A stretch of DNA of 34,196 nt from Proteromonas lacertae (taxonomy: Eukaryota). The notes below the pieces were generated by a model, which did not search any database, was not told the DNA's origin, and was given only the letters and a program-made list of their open reading frames with translations. Positions 1-13,597 of this stretch are shown in pieces. The position numbers and the translations under genes were made by a program. The DNA is taken from assembly GCA_002245135.1 (NCBI GenBank), contig NGBS01001175.1:124001-158196 (forward strand), given 5' to 3'. Each line of letters begins with the position of its first letter. The stretch's first letter is position 1.

Positions 1-1861
1 CTCACGTTTGATATCACAAGCTTCATCATAAGAATCACGATCTGAGGCATACTCATCTTTATTCTCATATTCTTCATTTCTGATGTGTTTACTTGCATTG
101 ATAATTGGACTTAATTCTCTTTCTATTCTACTCAATTCAAATAATTCATAAAGTCCATATAAATCAATCACTAAGAATAAAAACCATATTATAGCATAAG
201 TAATCCAACTGATTGTATCAGGCTTGGTATTAGGCTCGTGGAATACTAACATTGTTGTAGTAAACATCCATATTGAGAAACAACTCAATAATACTTTTAT
301 TATACTTAAAATATATGGATCAAATTTCTTTCTATTGTACGAATATAATTCCTTCGCATTACATAATGATAAACATCCAAATGGTTTTAAATAATTTTCT
401 ACACTGAAATAGTAAGTCAAATAATAGGCAAATATAATATCAAAACTACCTTTAATAATCATAATCCAATGGTAATTCTAATCCACCTTTCGTATTATCC
501 ATTACTTCATCACTTTTATAAATCACTAAATCAATAATTCCAAATACATATAGCAATATAAAACTCAATAAATGTCCAATAAAGAGAGTTGACATTCTTC
601 CTTTCTTCTCTCTATATCTTAAAGTATAACGATCTTCATTTCTAAGTGGAATAATTCCTTTTGAACCACATTTAGGTAATAAATAAGCTAATGGTCTTGT
701 ATGTAATAAACGAGTAGTTGCACTGTTGATTTCTTTACGGAATAAGTGAGATAATACAATGAATAGGAATTTCAGACAAGCGCCGACTACTATCACACTC
801 CATTGATAAGTGGTTGGATCTCTGGTGAAGTACCAAATCAAATCCATTGGAAGAGATAATAAACAACAGATATTTAACCAAATATGAGTGTTTTTACTAT
901 AATATAATAATACATATATATATATATATATATATACTTTGCTGATCTTGGCATATTCATTGAAGCAAATGCAAATATTCCAATCATTACATTATAATCA
1001 GGTAATATTTTATCTTGACTACAGATTAATCCTTCAATTAATAACAATAATGAAAATATATTCAATATTCCTTTAGATAAGAATAATTCAGTATCCATAA
1101 AGAATCCTTTTACATAATAATCATCACTAAATAACAATAAAAACAATAATAAAATATACTCTACATCATCTTGATTTTCTTCTTCTCTTTCTTCTTTCTC
1201 TATTTTACCTTCTTCTGGTATTTCACTTGCATCAGTGATATTCAATTCAATTGGAGTTGATTTATTCTCAGGGATCCAATACACAGATCTACTTTTCAAT
1301 ACAGTATTGTCAGTATCTTCAGTTAATTCGAATTGATTTTCTTTTTCCATTACTACTGGGTTACTTGCATATCTACTTGACATTTCTACTGATAATGGTG
1401 GAGCTACAGTTAAGGGAGCTTTTGGATTTAATCTATGAGCTGCTCCACTTACAGAAACACTCATATCTAAGCTCTTTTTGTTTGTTGGTGATGGTTTTCC
1501 TTCTTGTTCTTCAGGAAGTGGTATAGCTGACTTTAAAACACTTGTTTTTCTCTCACCTGTTGGAACATTTGTTCCTGATGGAATACTCATTGGTTTAGGT
1601 TTTGTTAAATCAATTACACCATCTTCATCAGGAGGTGGTGGCGGAATATCGTCATCTGGTGGTGGAGGTGGCGGTTGATTATCATAAATTGGCCCATTTT
1701 TACTTCTGTTACTCACTGAATATTCCTTCTTCACCTTTTCCTGTAGAATGAGCACTTTCAGCATGTTCACATAGTTGGCAAATATTTGCCTTGAATTTGT
1801 GTGGTTTAAATCCTGGACAACTCGTGGATTGAGCATCACAGACAGTACATACTCCTGACAT
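1..1861 (-). CDS. Multipass membrane protein with N-terminal Cys/His motif and Pro-rich linker; spliced; 3' end runs off the window
   Basis: ATG at 1861 gives MSGVCTVCD...CPGFKPHKFKANICQLCEHAESAH. ORFs 874-1839 and 452-847 join in frame through a GT-AG intron (about 897-937). Several hydrophobic helices follow, and the frame stays open to position 1. Frame breaks near 1710 and 452. Confidence 0.75.
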
Positions 1862-1975
1862 GCTTTAAAAATAATCTTTCAAATACGTTGTATCAAACTT
1901 TTGGTTTGATTTGAAAAATGCTTGGATTATTTTAAATTTTGATTTTGAATTTTCTTATCTATTACAAATAATTAT

Positions 1976-3226
1976 ATGAGTAAAACAGTAAGAGAGTATA
2001 GAGAAACTGCTTATATACATAAAGATCAATTGAAAAAGCCAAAAGAAGTATAATTTGAGTATTTTAGATCATAGAAACTGACTCATGGACAACAACATAT
2101 ATTAGATCATACAGAATTGTGGATAAAACACGAAAAAGAAAAAAAGAAAATGATACAAGTACAGAAGGAGGAATTAGTTTCTAATGAAAATGCTACTCAA
2201 ACAGATAATGGACCTGAACAGTATCATCCAATGATTATGAAAACTGATGAATGTACATCCAAATTTCCTCCTGAAGTTCGAAATAATCCAGAAATTATGT
2301 CTTTATTTGTCAGTTTACCTGATAAATATAGAGAAAAACTTGTTAGTATATAATAATAAAAACACATAATATATATATAGAAGATATGTCTAAAAAAGAA
2401 ACAACAATTGAAACACAAACTCCAACAAAAAAAGTGAAAAGAAGAAGTTGTTCTGTTCCAATCAAAAAAGAGAAAACTAATAAAAATACAACTACAAAAC
2501 CAACTGCTAATACTCCATCTATAATAAATCCACAAATCAATTCAAAAAGATTAGAAAAAGAAACATCTGAGTGGATAAAACGACAAAGACAAATTGAGAT
2601 AGATAAAAATAGAAATCTTACAGATAAATCACCATCTTCCTATTATTATATAAAATCTAATAAATGTACAAATAAACCAAATAAAACACCACTGAAAACA
2701 ATAAGAAGTCAACCAGTATAACTACTTATAATAATAATAATAATAAATAGAAATTAATAGATTATAAACCATTAAATCATGTAACAGAACCAAAGCCATT
2801 CAATTTATCATGTTATAAGAAAATACCAAAAGAAGTTCCAATAGTAAAGAAGAAAGAAATTCCTCCGAATAAATACTGGGATTTGAATGGAAGATCACAT
2901 TTTATATCAAATTATAATGGTGAAATAAATATCAACAACAACAACAACAATGATGATGATGATAGTGATAATGAAAATAATAAATATAAAGATTATAATA
3001 GTAATGAAAGAAATAATTATAATAATTATTCTGAGAAGGATCAGATTGAAAGAGTTCCATTACCTTCCAAATTAATATACAAATTACCTAATGAAGAAAT
3101 AATCAATAAAATAATAGAAGAAAAGAATAAGAAAATATCAAAAAATCCATTACAAAGATCACAGTCAAGTTAGTAATATAAATAATAATAAAAGTAATAT
3201 AAAGACAACTTTTAGACCTTCATTAA

Positions 3227-3283
<57 letters not shown>

Positions 3284-4102
3284 GTGATATTCATACAATA
3301 AAAAGATCATCATCAGCTGCAGTATTTCGTAATAATTACAGCAATAATTCAAAGCCATTAGAGACATTTAATCCATATAAGAAATATAGTAATAATAATA
3401 ACCTTCAAAATATGACAACTTTCAATCCAATATTAAGTAATAATGATAATAGTCAAATGTATAAACCAATAATAAGAACACAGAACAGATCATCCGCTCC
3501 ACTAAAATCAAATAAGGAAATTAAACAACCAAAACAACAATATAAATATAAAGAAGAAGAAATACCAACATCTCCAATTATTGATAAAACTACTTCATCC
3601 TTGTCATCTACAGATTTATCAACTTCAGAATTATCAATAGCCAATGATATGATTATTAATAAATACAAAATACCTGAAAATACTGAAGATATAATAGATA
3701 ATAAAGACAATGACAATGACAATGATATTAATATTGATTCATCTAAATCATCACCATTTTTCAGTCAAAATAACAATAATAATAGCAATACATTATATTA
3801 TATACCTTCTAATGATAAAAGTCCATCTAAGCAATTATCCAGTTTATCTCCATTAGGTATTGGCTCAGATATATTGGAAGAAAATACACATAATGTAGTT
3901 CAATAATACAACTACATTCTTTCCAAGTAGTTTAAAAGCAACTCCAATATCTAGAATATCTTCTTCTACTCGTAGTTCTTCATTATTATATGATGGCAAT
4001 AATAATAATAAAGTTAGCAATAATATAACAAGTGATGATTTAATATTGAGTGATGTTGATGATGAAAATATTGATTTTTATCAACCTAAAATTATGTCTT
4101 AA
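1976..4102 (+). CDS. Spliced low-complexity N/S/K-rich protein of unknown function (contains a TEPKPFNLS motif)
   Basis: ATG at 1976. Short GT-AG introns link ORFs 2117-2353, 2386-2721, 2883-3173 and 3412-3906. A coding-like +1 frame continues to TAA at 4100-4102. Confidence 0.65.
3229..3282 (+). repeat. (AAT)18 microsatellite encoding poly-Asn
   Basis: Perfect AAT tandem read directly from the sequence. Confidence 0.95.
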
Positions 4103-4230
4103 AGAATATATTTATTTGTAATATATATGTACTATTTATGTTTTATTGATAAATAAACACAAACACACTCAATAGATTTAATAATAATAATAAATTACAG
4201 ATTTGTTAATAAAATACACATTTAATATAT

Positions 4231-4863
4231 TTATTGTCTAGTTGCACATCTCCTGAATGAATCAGTGAATTGTGAACTTCTTCTAACTGGTAGTATATAA
4301 TCTTGTTGATCAGCTTCTTTAGCAAAAAGATGTGTGGATTTAGCTACTCGAGTTGGAGCTGGTTCTGGTTTTGATAATTGTGCTGTTGTAGACAATGCAA
4401 TATGAGCTGTTGTTTGGTACATACTTTTATCATCATGGACATATCGAGAATGTTCTTTAGTTCTCATTAGCATATGTGTTGGTTTATCTACATCAATTAC
4501 TACATTTGGTCTAAAAGCTAAAATTTGATCAGTTCTCATTCTTCCTTGTAATGTTGCTTCACTCATACTAACATAATCTAATGGTTCTGGATCTATAGGA
4601 CCACGGTCTCCATGTCCTATTAAAGCATATAAAGGTAATCCTTTGGATATTGGTGGCTGTTCTGGTGCATTTCTTGTTTGTTTATCATCCATCTTACTAG
4701 GTGGTATAAAATTACCTGTATAATCTGTCTTCCAATCGGAGTGAAATACACGTTGATTTGTCTTCAAATACTCACCATATCGATCTTCACGCCAGTTACC
4801 AACCAAAGTCTCAGTGCCATATATATTTTTGTGTTCTGCAATACCATGTCCTGGAATATTCAT
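4231..4863 (-). CDS. CFAP107 (C1orf158)-like ciliary microtubule inner protein, intronless
   Basis: N-terminal YGTETLVGNWREDR (NWE-type motif), followed by W-KTDY and a GLPLYALIGHG segment resembling the GLP...L..H block of CFAP107. Confidence 0.6.
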   Translation of the reverse strand: MNIPGHGIAEHKNIYGTETLVGNWREDRYGEYLKTNQRVFHSDWKTDYTGNFIPPSKMDDKQTRNAPEQPPISKGLPLYALIGHGDRGPIDPEPLDYVSMSEATLQGRMRTDQILAFRPNVVIDVDKPTHMLMRTKEHSRYVHDDKSMYQTTAHIALSTTAQLSKPEPAPTRVAKSTHLFAKEADQQDYILPVRRSSQFTDSFRRCATRQ

Positions 4864-4988
4864 CTTGTTATTTATCTATTTAACGAGAAAAAAGTAGAAA
4901 TAAAAAACAAAACGTTTTTTAAATTTGGTTATAGAAACAATTTTCATTAACCCCCAAAATATTAAAAAACATTAAATAATTTAATATA

Positions 4989-6160
4989 CTATTTTTTATC
5001 CATCCTATCAATCATATCTTGATTCCAAGCATCGTTTAATATATCATAGTCATAATTACAATGTATATCATTCAAATTAATCTTCTTATATTCCTTCTTA
5101 TATATTTCTTTCTCTTTATCTTCCAACTGTGATCTTAATTTAACTTGTTCATTAAACAATATCTCATCCCAAACATGGTAATTCCCATTTCAGCTCTAAT
5201 TTCTTCTTTTGTCTATATCTTTCTTCTTTTCGTCTGAAGAATTCATTCCTATGATGTCTCCAGAAGTCTTGAATTATAATAGCAGCTCTAAATTTAATGT
5301 CTTTATATCCATAAGCATCATTTTGATTAGTATTTTCATCCTGTGATTCTGTATTTTTTGATTTATCAATTAAACTTCTGATTTGTTTGAAATGCAATAA
5401 TTTCAATGCTTTTAATTTCTCTTTTGCTTTGAATACACGGTATGCACACTATTTATATTTAAATTAAGGTATTAATATATAGATATATATATACTTGTAT
5501 TGATATAGAAGCTCCTTGTACTTTTCCTAAACTCTCTTTCAGCTTTTTTAATCTGTTCAGAAGTTTCATTCCAATTTCTCATTGTCTTTTCATGACAAAA
5601 CCTTCTACCACATCCATCTGGATTTGGATTTACATAAGCAACTAATTTACTTTTTTGTTCTTGATGATGTCTCTAATTAAAATTATTTTTAAAAATTTAT
5701 ACTTTTTGCCTTAGTCTGTTTAATGTATCTGGATTAAAAGTACACATTTCTGATTCAAAATCTATTTCATCCTTTTGTACAGGAGAATTTGTGATTGGAG
5801 GAAAAAATGTTGGTTCTTTCTTTGTGAATGTATCTTTTAAATATCTTGGTGTGGATGAATTATACATCGGTATTGTTTTTGATAAGGGCGGATGTGGTCT
5901 TAAATCCATTACATCAACTACATTAAATAATACTTAGTAAAACAATACATTTGGGAGTCCAAGGTACTCTTTCTCTTTTTGGTCTTTTCAATTTTACTTT
6001 ACCAGAGTAGGGATCAACTAATTTCACAGTAGATACTCTAAATATTAAGAATCTATTAATACTCTGGTATATTAACAACATGAAAGGCTCTGGATGATCC
6101 CATTAATTTTGTAAAATACATCCAATCAAGATTTTCTTCTTGTTCTGGTTCTTCACTCAT
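4989..6160 (-). CDS. IQ-motif (calmodulin-binding) protein, spliced
   Basis: ATG at 6160 and TAG at 4989. Contains IQ-like motifs AAIIIQDFWRHH and ASISIQ-CAYRVFKAK (split by an intron). Short introns link ORFs 5697-5909 and 5164-5406. Confidence 0.7.
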
Positions 6161-6346
6161 CTGTTATCGAATAAAAAAACAAAACGATTTTTATTGATTT
6201 TGAAACGATTATATTTTTAAAAACCTTAAAAACACAAAAGAAAATGTTGTATAGGAATTTTAGATATATAATCCAATATTTAAAGATATTTTCACTAATG
6301 ACTTTTAAATAATTTTACTTAAATCATGTTTTTCTTTTAAATAGAT

Positions 6347-8066
6347 CTATTTTGCTTTTTTAACCTCTTTCTCATCCTCATCCTTAACTCCATCAACCTC
6401 ACCTATTTTTCGCTTAATATTACGAGGATTAATCAAAGCGAAACTATGATTATAACCACATCCAATAATATAAATCTAATTAAGTATAATATATATATAT
6501 ATATATATAAATATATACATTATGGATAGTTTCAATATGAACAGGTGTATTAGAGTTATCTTTACTACCATTTCCCAATTGTCCTTCATTATTACATCCC
6601 CAACTATATAATTCACCATCATTTGATAATAATAAAGTATGATTTGCACCACAACAAATACGCAGTGGATTTTTATCATTCAAACTGTCTATTAATGTAG
6701 GTGTATAAACATTATTATGATGGCCTAATCCTAATTGTCCATAGTTATTTAATCCATAACTATATATATTAGCTTTCATATCTATTAATATTACATGATT
6801 TTCACCACAAATTACATCTTTCACATGTAAATTGTTGATTAAAGGTAATGGTGTTAACTTATTGATTTTAAGTTGTTGAGATGAACCAAATGTGTGATTA
6901 ACTTTACTTTCATCATCTTGATTATTATTATCTTTGTTTAAATAATCAGGAACTAAAGTTAATTGTCCATTAGTTGATAATCCCATTCCATAATATTGAT
7001 CTTTATCATCTTTAACAATAGAATAATTATATCCACCATATATATTCGTGTATTTCAATTCATCATCTGTCATTTGGGTACAAGCAGTTCTCATACAATT
7101 TGGCACTTCTCTTCCATTTACATTAAGGAAATGAGGAACCCATTGATCTGTGAAATCACCTGATCCTAATTGACCACAATCATTGTGTCCTACAGTTAAT
7201 AATTCACCATCTGTAGTGATTAATAAAACATGATTATTACCACAACTTACACTGCTGACTTTACGTTCACATTCTTTATAACACTATTATATTATAATAA
7301 TATATATATATATATATACGCCTGGCTTGACTGGTTTCTTAATGTCATTTTCTTTTTGATTACCAAATATACCATACTGTCCACTACCCCAAACATAGAT
7401 ACCATTCTTAATAGTGGTAATATAGGAGCATTCTTCACCACATTGTATGTGATTTATTGCACCATCACTTTTAACACGTTTTCCTGGTTGTAAAGATTGG
7501 ATCATTCGGAAATGAGTTAATGTTTCATGAATTATATCAGTATGTCCTAATTTTCCATTGTTTCCATCACCACATGTGTAGATGGTATCATCTGTTGTGA
7601 GTAATACTGAGAAACGTGCTCCTCCACTCATTTCTGTAAAAGACATGGATTGAGCCTCTTTTATTAAAGTGGGAGTAAGAACAAACTCTGGATCTGTTGT
7701 ACCTAAGCCAAGCTATTCAAATTAGACGATTATGTAAAAAATACCTGACCATAACTATTATCGCCCCATCCATATAGTTCAGACTTTATTGTGTCTACTA
7801 CAGGTGGGAAATGATCCGCACAGAATTTACAATACCAATCACCAACTGGTGTAATGCCTTTAACACAACCTGGTGCTTTTTTATGACAACATGTGCAACC
7901 CATCTATTAGTATTATCGATACGAAGCATACAACACAGTAACTATGAAAAGCTTTATCACATCCTTTACAAAACAACAGTTGAGCAGTGTCAGTATTTTT
8001 TAAACAGACCTCACAAGATTTGCTATTATTCTATTAACATTATAATCTACAAAATACAGAGGACAT
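6347..8066 (-). CDS. PHD finger plus RCC1-repeat beta-propeller protein with C-terminal NLS-like tail
   Basis: ATG at 8066; introns 8031-8057 and 7904-7931 give CEVC...LLFCKGCDKAFHSYC...PVGDWYCKFC. RCC1 repeats follow (WGDNSYGQLGLG, YGLNNYGQLGLG, WGCNNEGQLG). The protein ends KRKIG...VKKAK, with TAG at 6347. Confidence 0.85.
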
Positions 8067-8238
8067 GAAATATCTACTCAAATAAAAAAAGATTACTTAA
8101 AATGGGTTTATCTAAAATCTTTTCTGAATATGAAACGACAATCTATTCATTTTTTAAATAATGCCCATACAACAGCTCAATGTTTATTGTTAAATCAGAA
8201 TACAGTGTGACTAATTACACTTATTTTTTTGTGAAGTT

Positions 8239-11200
8239 CTATATGCTTAAATTCTTCATTTTAGTTTCAGCTTCTAAAAACAGTCCTTACACATTCTGTA
8301 GTGTGTTTAGGATTCTCCATTAGATCATTGTACATATCTTTCAACTGTTGAACATCTGTATTTACTTCTATTGTAGATAATTTCTTAAGTCTCTCGTTCA
8401 ATATATTGAAAATTGAATTTCTGAGATACTTCTTAAATCTATGAACATCCTTCTCAATTTCGTTATTTTCCTTCCTTAATTCAGACAAAGATAATGTTGT
8501 GTAGTCTGATTGTAAAAACTGTTTCATTTTCATAAATGAATCATTATCAATAAGACCATCTAGTTTTTCAATATTCTCATCAACAATTTTCACTAAATTC
8601 TCTAATGAAGCTTTATTATAAGCCATTAAGTCGAGAATAATCATCCTGTTTATATTACCAGCTTCTTCTGAAAATTTATATGCGTTAGAGATTGTATCTA
8701 AGTTATGAGAAGCGTTAATGAACTCTTGTATCTTCAATTTCAGCTTTAAATCTTCCACTTTAAATCTGTTCTCTTCAATTTCCTTTTTATTGAGTGTATA
8801 ATAAGTAATATAGGATTTTATTAAGGAATTTAAGTACATTTGTTTCGCATTATCGATTCTTATATATTCCGAGAATTTTATATCCTTATTTTCTAATAGT
8901 GGAATGTTTTCATTAATAAAACTAGAAAATTTATTCTTTTCTCCACTATCTGGTAAATTCTTAATCTCATTTTCATACTTCTTGAGTTTTCCCTTCAACA
9001 ATTCACATCTGTGTGTAAGAGAATCATTTACTTGCGATTTACAATCTTCAATGATGGAATTGATTATTGATCCATCTGTTTCTGTTTTTATCTTCTCATT
9101 ATTGCTGTTTAACATCTTATATAATGAATGTAAAAGTTGATCATCAGGATTTCTATCTTTCAATTCTTTGATTTGTTTATCTCTAATATTTAATAAAAAT
9201 ATAAACAATAATATATATATATATAAATATATACATATATGTATGTGTAGATGTATTTGTTTTGTTTATTTCAGTTGTACTTTTCAACAATAATGATCCA
9301 TTAATCAAAGACTATTCAATTAATAACAAACATTTATATACGTTAATATCTTCACAATAAGAAACTAAAGATCTTCCTGGTCTTTCAATTTTCACTTTTA
9401 TCTGATTAATTCTTCTTCTAAAATCATCAACACAATCCATTATTTCATTATCCTCTTCACAACCATCTTCAATATTATCACATTCATCTTCATTATCAAT
9501 TCTAACAATAATAAACAATAACAATATATAATACACTAAAATATTCACTTTATCTTTTGCACATTGTAATACATATTCATAATCATCATTACATTCTCTA
9601 AACTTCTTAAATAACTCAACAACATCTTTATCACTTATGGAGATTAAATGATCATTTTGAAATGTTTGAATTGTCTTGTAGAGATTCTCTTCTGGATCTA
9701 TTTGTTTCAAACTCAAATCAATATCATCTCTATTTCATTTTAAAAACAATAAACATCACTATATATTTATACTTTATCTTCTTTATCTTATTTTGATAAA
9801 ATGGAATTGCTTGTTTAGTTTCTCTTTCTATATTGCTTCTTGTTTCATAAATCTCTTTCAGGTTTTGATAATGGTTGTTTATTGATAGTTGTGATATTTT
9901 TATTATTGTCTTTAATGTACTTAATCGGATATAAGGAGGTAACTCTTTCTCAATTTCTGGTATTACAGTTTCTAATTCTGATAGATATTGCTTGAATAAT
10001 TCATGTTCTATTTTAACTATATCTTTGTAAGGTGTATATGTTTTCTATATTATATAATATTACAATAAATGTATTATTATTATTATACATTATAAATTGA
10101 ATATAACTCATCAATATCTTCAGGAAGTATTGTTGGTATTTCATCTAACAATTTTCTTATCTTTTCTTTCAATTCTAATGGCAATAACTTGAATTCCACA
10201 TCATTTCTTATCTGATTAAAATCATTTTGAAAATCCTTAATAATTGAATGGAATTGACTGTTTAATTCGTCAAATTCCTCATTCACTTGTTCAAAAGTAA
10301 CAAATGTGTGGATATATGTTAAAACTCCATTCATATAATCAGTCATAAAGCCAATTGATTGGTAAGGTAAATGTATAATTGTTTGAAGTGATTTCTGATA
10401 ATGATAACTATCAATAATAAATAATAATAACAATAATATATACATTTTATTCTCTAAATCATTTCTTCTTGACATTATACTGTTATAGTTATTATCATAT
10501 GAAATAAACTCATTTTCTTTCTTTTTTGAATCATCTAAAGATAATACAGCTATAATTAACTCCAATTTCCTTTTCAATAATTCATATTCTTTCACTATCT
10601 CTTTCAATATTCTCATTATATTTGGGGCATTATCATACGATATTGTTGAATCAGATATTAGTGTATAAAACCTCTGCATTATTATACATAATCTTGACAA
10701 ACCAGCAGCTTGATAATCTTTCCACTTATTCTCCATCTGAACTAATGTTATTTCTAAAGAATCTTGAAATGATATTTCTGTAGGTTTATTTGGTCTATAA
10801 ACATTGATATCTTCATCATCAGATTCTGAATCTGTAAAAGCACTTTCACCATCTATCTTACTATTTCCACTAGATTTTGTATCAACCATCTTTTCATCTT
10901 TTGTTTCATTACCTTCGTCATCTTTCTTTTCATTATTCTTTTTCTCTATTTTACTATGATTATGTTGATTCTTTGGTTTTTCTTTCATCATCTCATTCAA
11001 ATATCTCACTTCATAGGTTAAACATTCAGATACTTCTTTAATCAGTTCAGGATGAGTGACTTGTATTTCTGATTGATTTATCAAACATAATGTATCAAAT
11101 ATATCTAAATACTTCATTTCTATTTCAGATGGCTAATAATTTCATTTCAAATGGATAACTATAATTATTAAATAAAACAACAATAAATATACTCATAATT

Positions 11201-13520
11201 AACACTTTTCACTTGCTTATCTTCCTTATAATAGTAATTCCATTTTCCCTCTTTGATTAAACCATAGTAACTATTTCCATTACTTATACATTCATCAATA
11301 TTTATACTCTTATTCACTCTGTTTTCATTGTTTATTGATTTTAAATATTCTTCTATTGTTGTTTGAAATAATGGAATTCTTGAAGTTCCACCAATCATTA
11401 CTACTTCTATTAATTTCTTCTCTTCATCATTCAATTCACTTTCTTTTATCAATGTGTCAATTCCATTAGTCAATTCATCATCAATATAACTTGTATTAAT
11501 AATACCATTCAATTCCTTATTATGAAATGTTCCTTCAAAATTATCATCTCCTAAATCAATAGAATAATAAACAAAACCACAACCGCTTGATAATTTTTCT
11601 TTTATATCAATCACTTCTGATTTTACTCTTAAATATAATATACTATTCTCACTTGATTCAATATTGATGGATGTTTTAGCAAATATTAATGATTTGAAAT
11701 AATCTATTATCAAATTATCAATTCTTCTACCTCCTAAATTACTAATTGTTTTTATTTTCAATACTTCCACATAATCACTGTTAAAACTACTCAAACATAG
11801 GTTTGTATCTAAATATCCAATATCAACGAATAATTCAATTCTATTGGTTGTTTTAGGTGAATAGTTGTTGGTTTAAATATGCATAATTCAAATTTGTTGA
11901 TAAATACTCTGGAATTATTTCAATATTCTCAAAACCATTACTCTTATAGATATTTCTTAATAACTCAATCTGATATTCGTTATAGTAAACTGGAACTGAT
12001 AAAACACAATTCAAATGTTTGAAATTGTATTTATTCTTCATTATATCGTATATATGCTTGGAATAACAATAATATAAATCAGTTATTGATAGTGTTCTTT
12101 CACCAAGAGGCATGTTTAATCTAATTACAATATTAATATCAATATATATACTTTAAAACCAATTGATCCATCATTCATTCTACATATTGATTCAGGGAAA
12201 TGATTCTTTTCAATATTCTCTACATCTGCATACTTTCTACCAAATAAGTCTTTTATATCTGTTATAACATTCTTATAATTCTTACTTATCTATAAATAAA
12301 ATAAAGATGAAATGATATATACTCTATTATTCACACCAAATAGACGATTATTAGAAAACTCAATTGATACTCTATAATATAATTATAATAGCTTAAAATA
12401 TACATTTCTTTATCTAAAAAATAATTAACATTCGTCAATGAATCATTTCCACTCATTTTAAAACTATTTCCACCAAAATCTACACCAACTGTAAAAATAT
12501 TCGTTTGTGGAAGGTTATGCAAATCCATAAGTTGTTTTATATCACATTCTAAACCATCAAATACCTGCAATAACACCTCTTCTTCTGTTGTTTCATCATC
12601 TGGTAAATAAAATACATTACATTCTATTAATGAATTAAAGATTATTATAAATCTATACTATCTAATATTCTTTCTATTTTATCAAGCGATAATCTTTCTT
12701 TTGGATTTGCTCTTATTATCATTTCTAATAACATCTTCAAGCACAAATTACCTATCTTCTTTTATCTTGTATTTACACAGCTTTATTTCTTCACTTGTTA
12801 CATTTGAATCAAATAAGTCATTTCCAACTAGAAACTTGTATATTATCAAACCTAAATTCCATATATCCGTTTCATAGCTTATTTCCTTATTCTCTAATTC
12901 TTCTGGACTTGTATAATTCAAACACTTTTTTCTTCTATTTGTTCTTACATTATTAATTCCATAATCACAAAGCAATATTCTATCTCTCTTTTCATGGTAT
13001 AATATATTGGATGGATTTAAATTGCCATGCATTATTTGTTGACTATGCAACTGCTTCAATCCTTCACAAATTTGGATTAAGTAACTAATAGAGTCTGTGC
13101 TAATATTCTCTGCTGGATTTAAAGATGAAAAAATAGTATAAGAAAATCTTACTAACAGGAACGCATCTTCTATATACAACATTTTTGAGTAATATGCAAT
13201 ATTATCTCCTTCTAATTGCAATATTGTATTCTCCTAATCCATATAAACAATAATAAAAATACTAATCTAGCTAAAGCTTTTTTTGAACATGAGAATTCAA
13301 ACAATTTCATCACTCTTTCTTTTCCATCATCATATGTGCGATAAGGACGAACTTTACAAGTAATTTCATTTTTCAGTAGATATAAAACACCAACATTCTA
13401 AAAGATATACAGCAGAAATACTCTATAATTCACATTTTGGTCGAGATTTGTCTAAACAAAATAAAAATGATAAGATACAAATTGATATTTGTATTTAGCA
13501 ATTTCTTTAAAGTCAAGCAT
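8239..13520 (-). CDS. Copy A: pseudokinase + Hsp70/Hsp110-like ATPase domain + long alpha-helical/coiled-coil region (contains frame breaks; may be a pseudogene or assembly-affected)
   Basis: ATG at 13520. Kinase motifs: HGNLNPSNIL, CDYG, YTSPE, DIWNLG. Intron 12624-12658 joins in frame to VGVDFGG, VLSVPVYY, VDIGY, NLGGRRID, IGGTSRIP and NIDECISNG. Helical ORFs at 10083-11117, 9312-9716 and 8267-9208 follow. Confidence 0.75.
11238..11409. repeat. 172-nt block identical to 17588-17759
   Basis: Direct comparison; encodes EVVMIGGTSRIPLFQ...GLIKEGKW in both paralogs. Confidence 0.9.
12142..12280. repeat. About 139-nt block nearly identical (2 mismatches seen) to 18544-18682
   Basis: Direct comparison; encodes NYKNVITDIKDLFGRKY...DGSIGFK plus the adjacent intron donor. 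Confidence 0.9.
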
Positions 13521-13597
13521 TTTTAAATAAGCTTGGCTTGCTTTTCATTTTCAAATTTCAAAATAAAATTATGCTTGATCTAGAAAAATAATTTAAA

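Noticed and set aside
897..937. YIYIYI peptides at many ORF ends and (TA)n runs
   Set aside because: These are TA microsatellites within introns read through by the ORF caller; they are not protein or a mobile element.
1251..1678. Plus-strand ORFs 1251-1526 and 1478-1678, and similar antisense ORFs elsewhere (2224-2540, 3453-3722, 7230-7493, 7811-8068, 8904-9140, 17192-17386, 25299-25995, 33232-33471)
   Set aside because: They are antisense shadows of well-supported spliced genes and carry no domain motifs.
6347..7800. UVR8 photoreceptor call for the RCC1 protein
   Set aside because: It lacks the GWRHT tryptophan motifs (it has GARFS, GENHV, GANHT and GYNHS instead).
11850..11880. 31-nt AT-AC intron rescuing the 11853 break
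   Set aside because: The donor ATATTTAA lacks the ATATC signature, and removal would shorten a segment that aligns in length with copy B.
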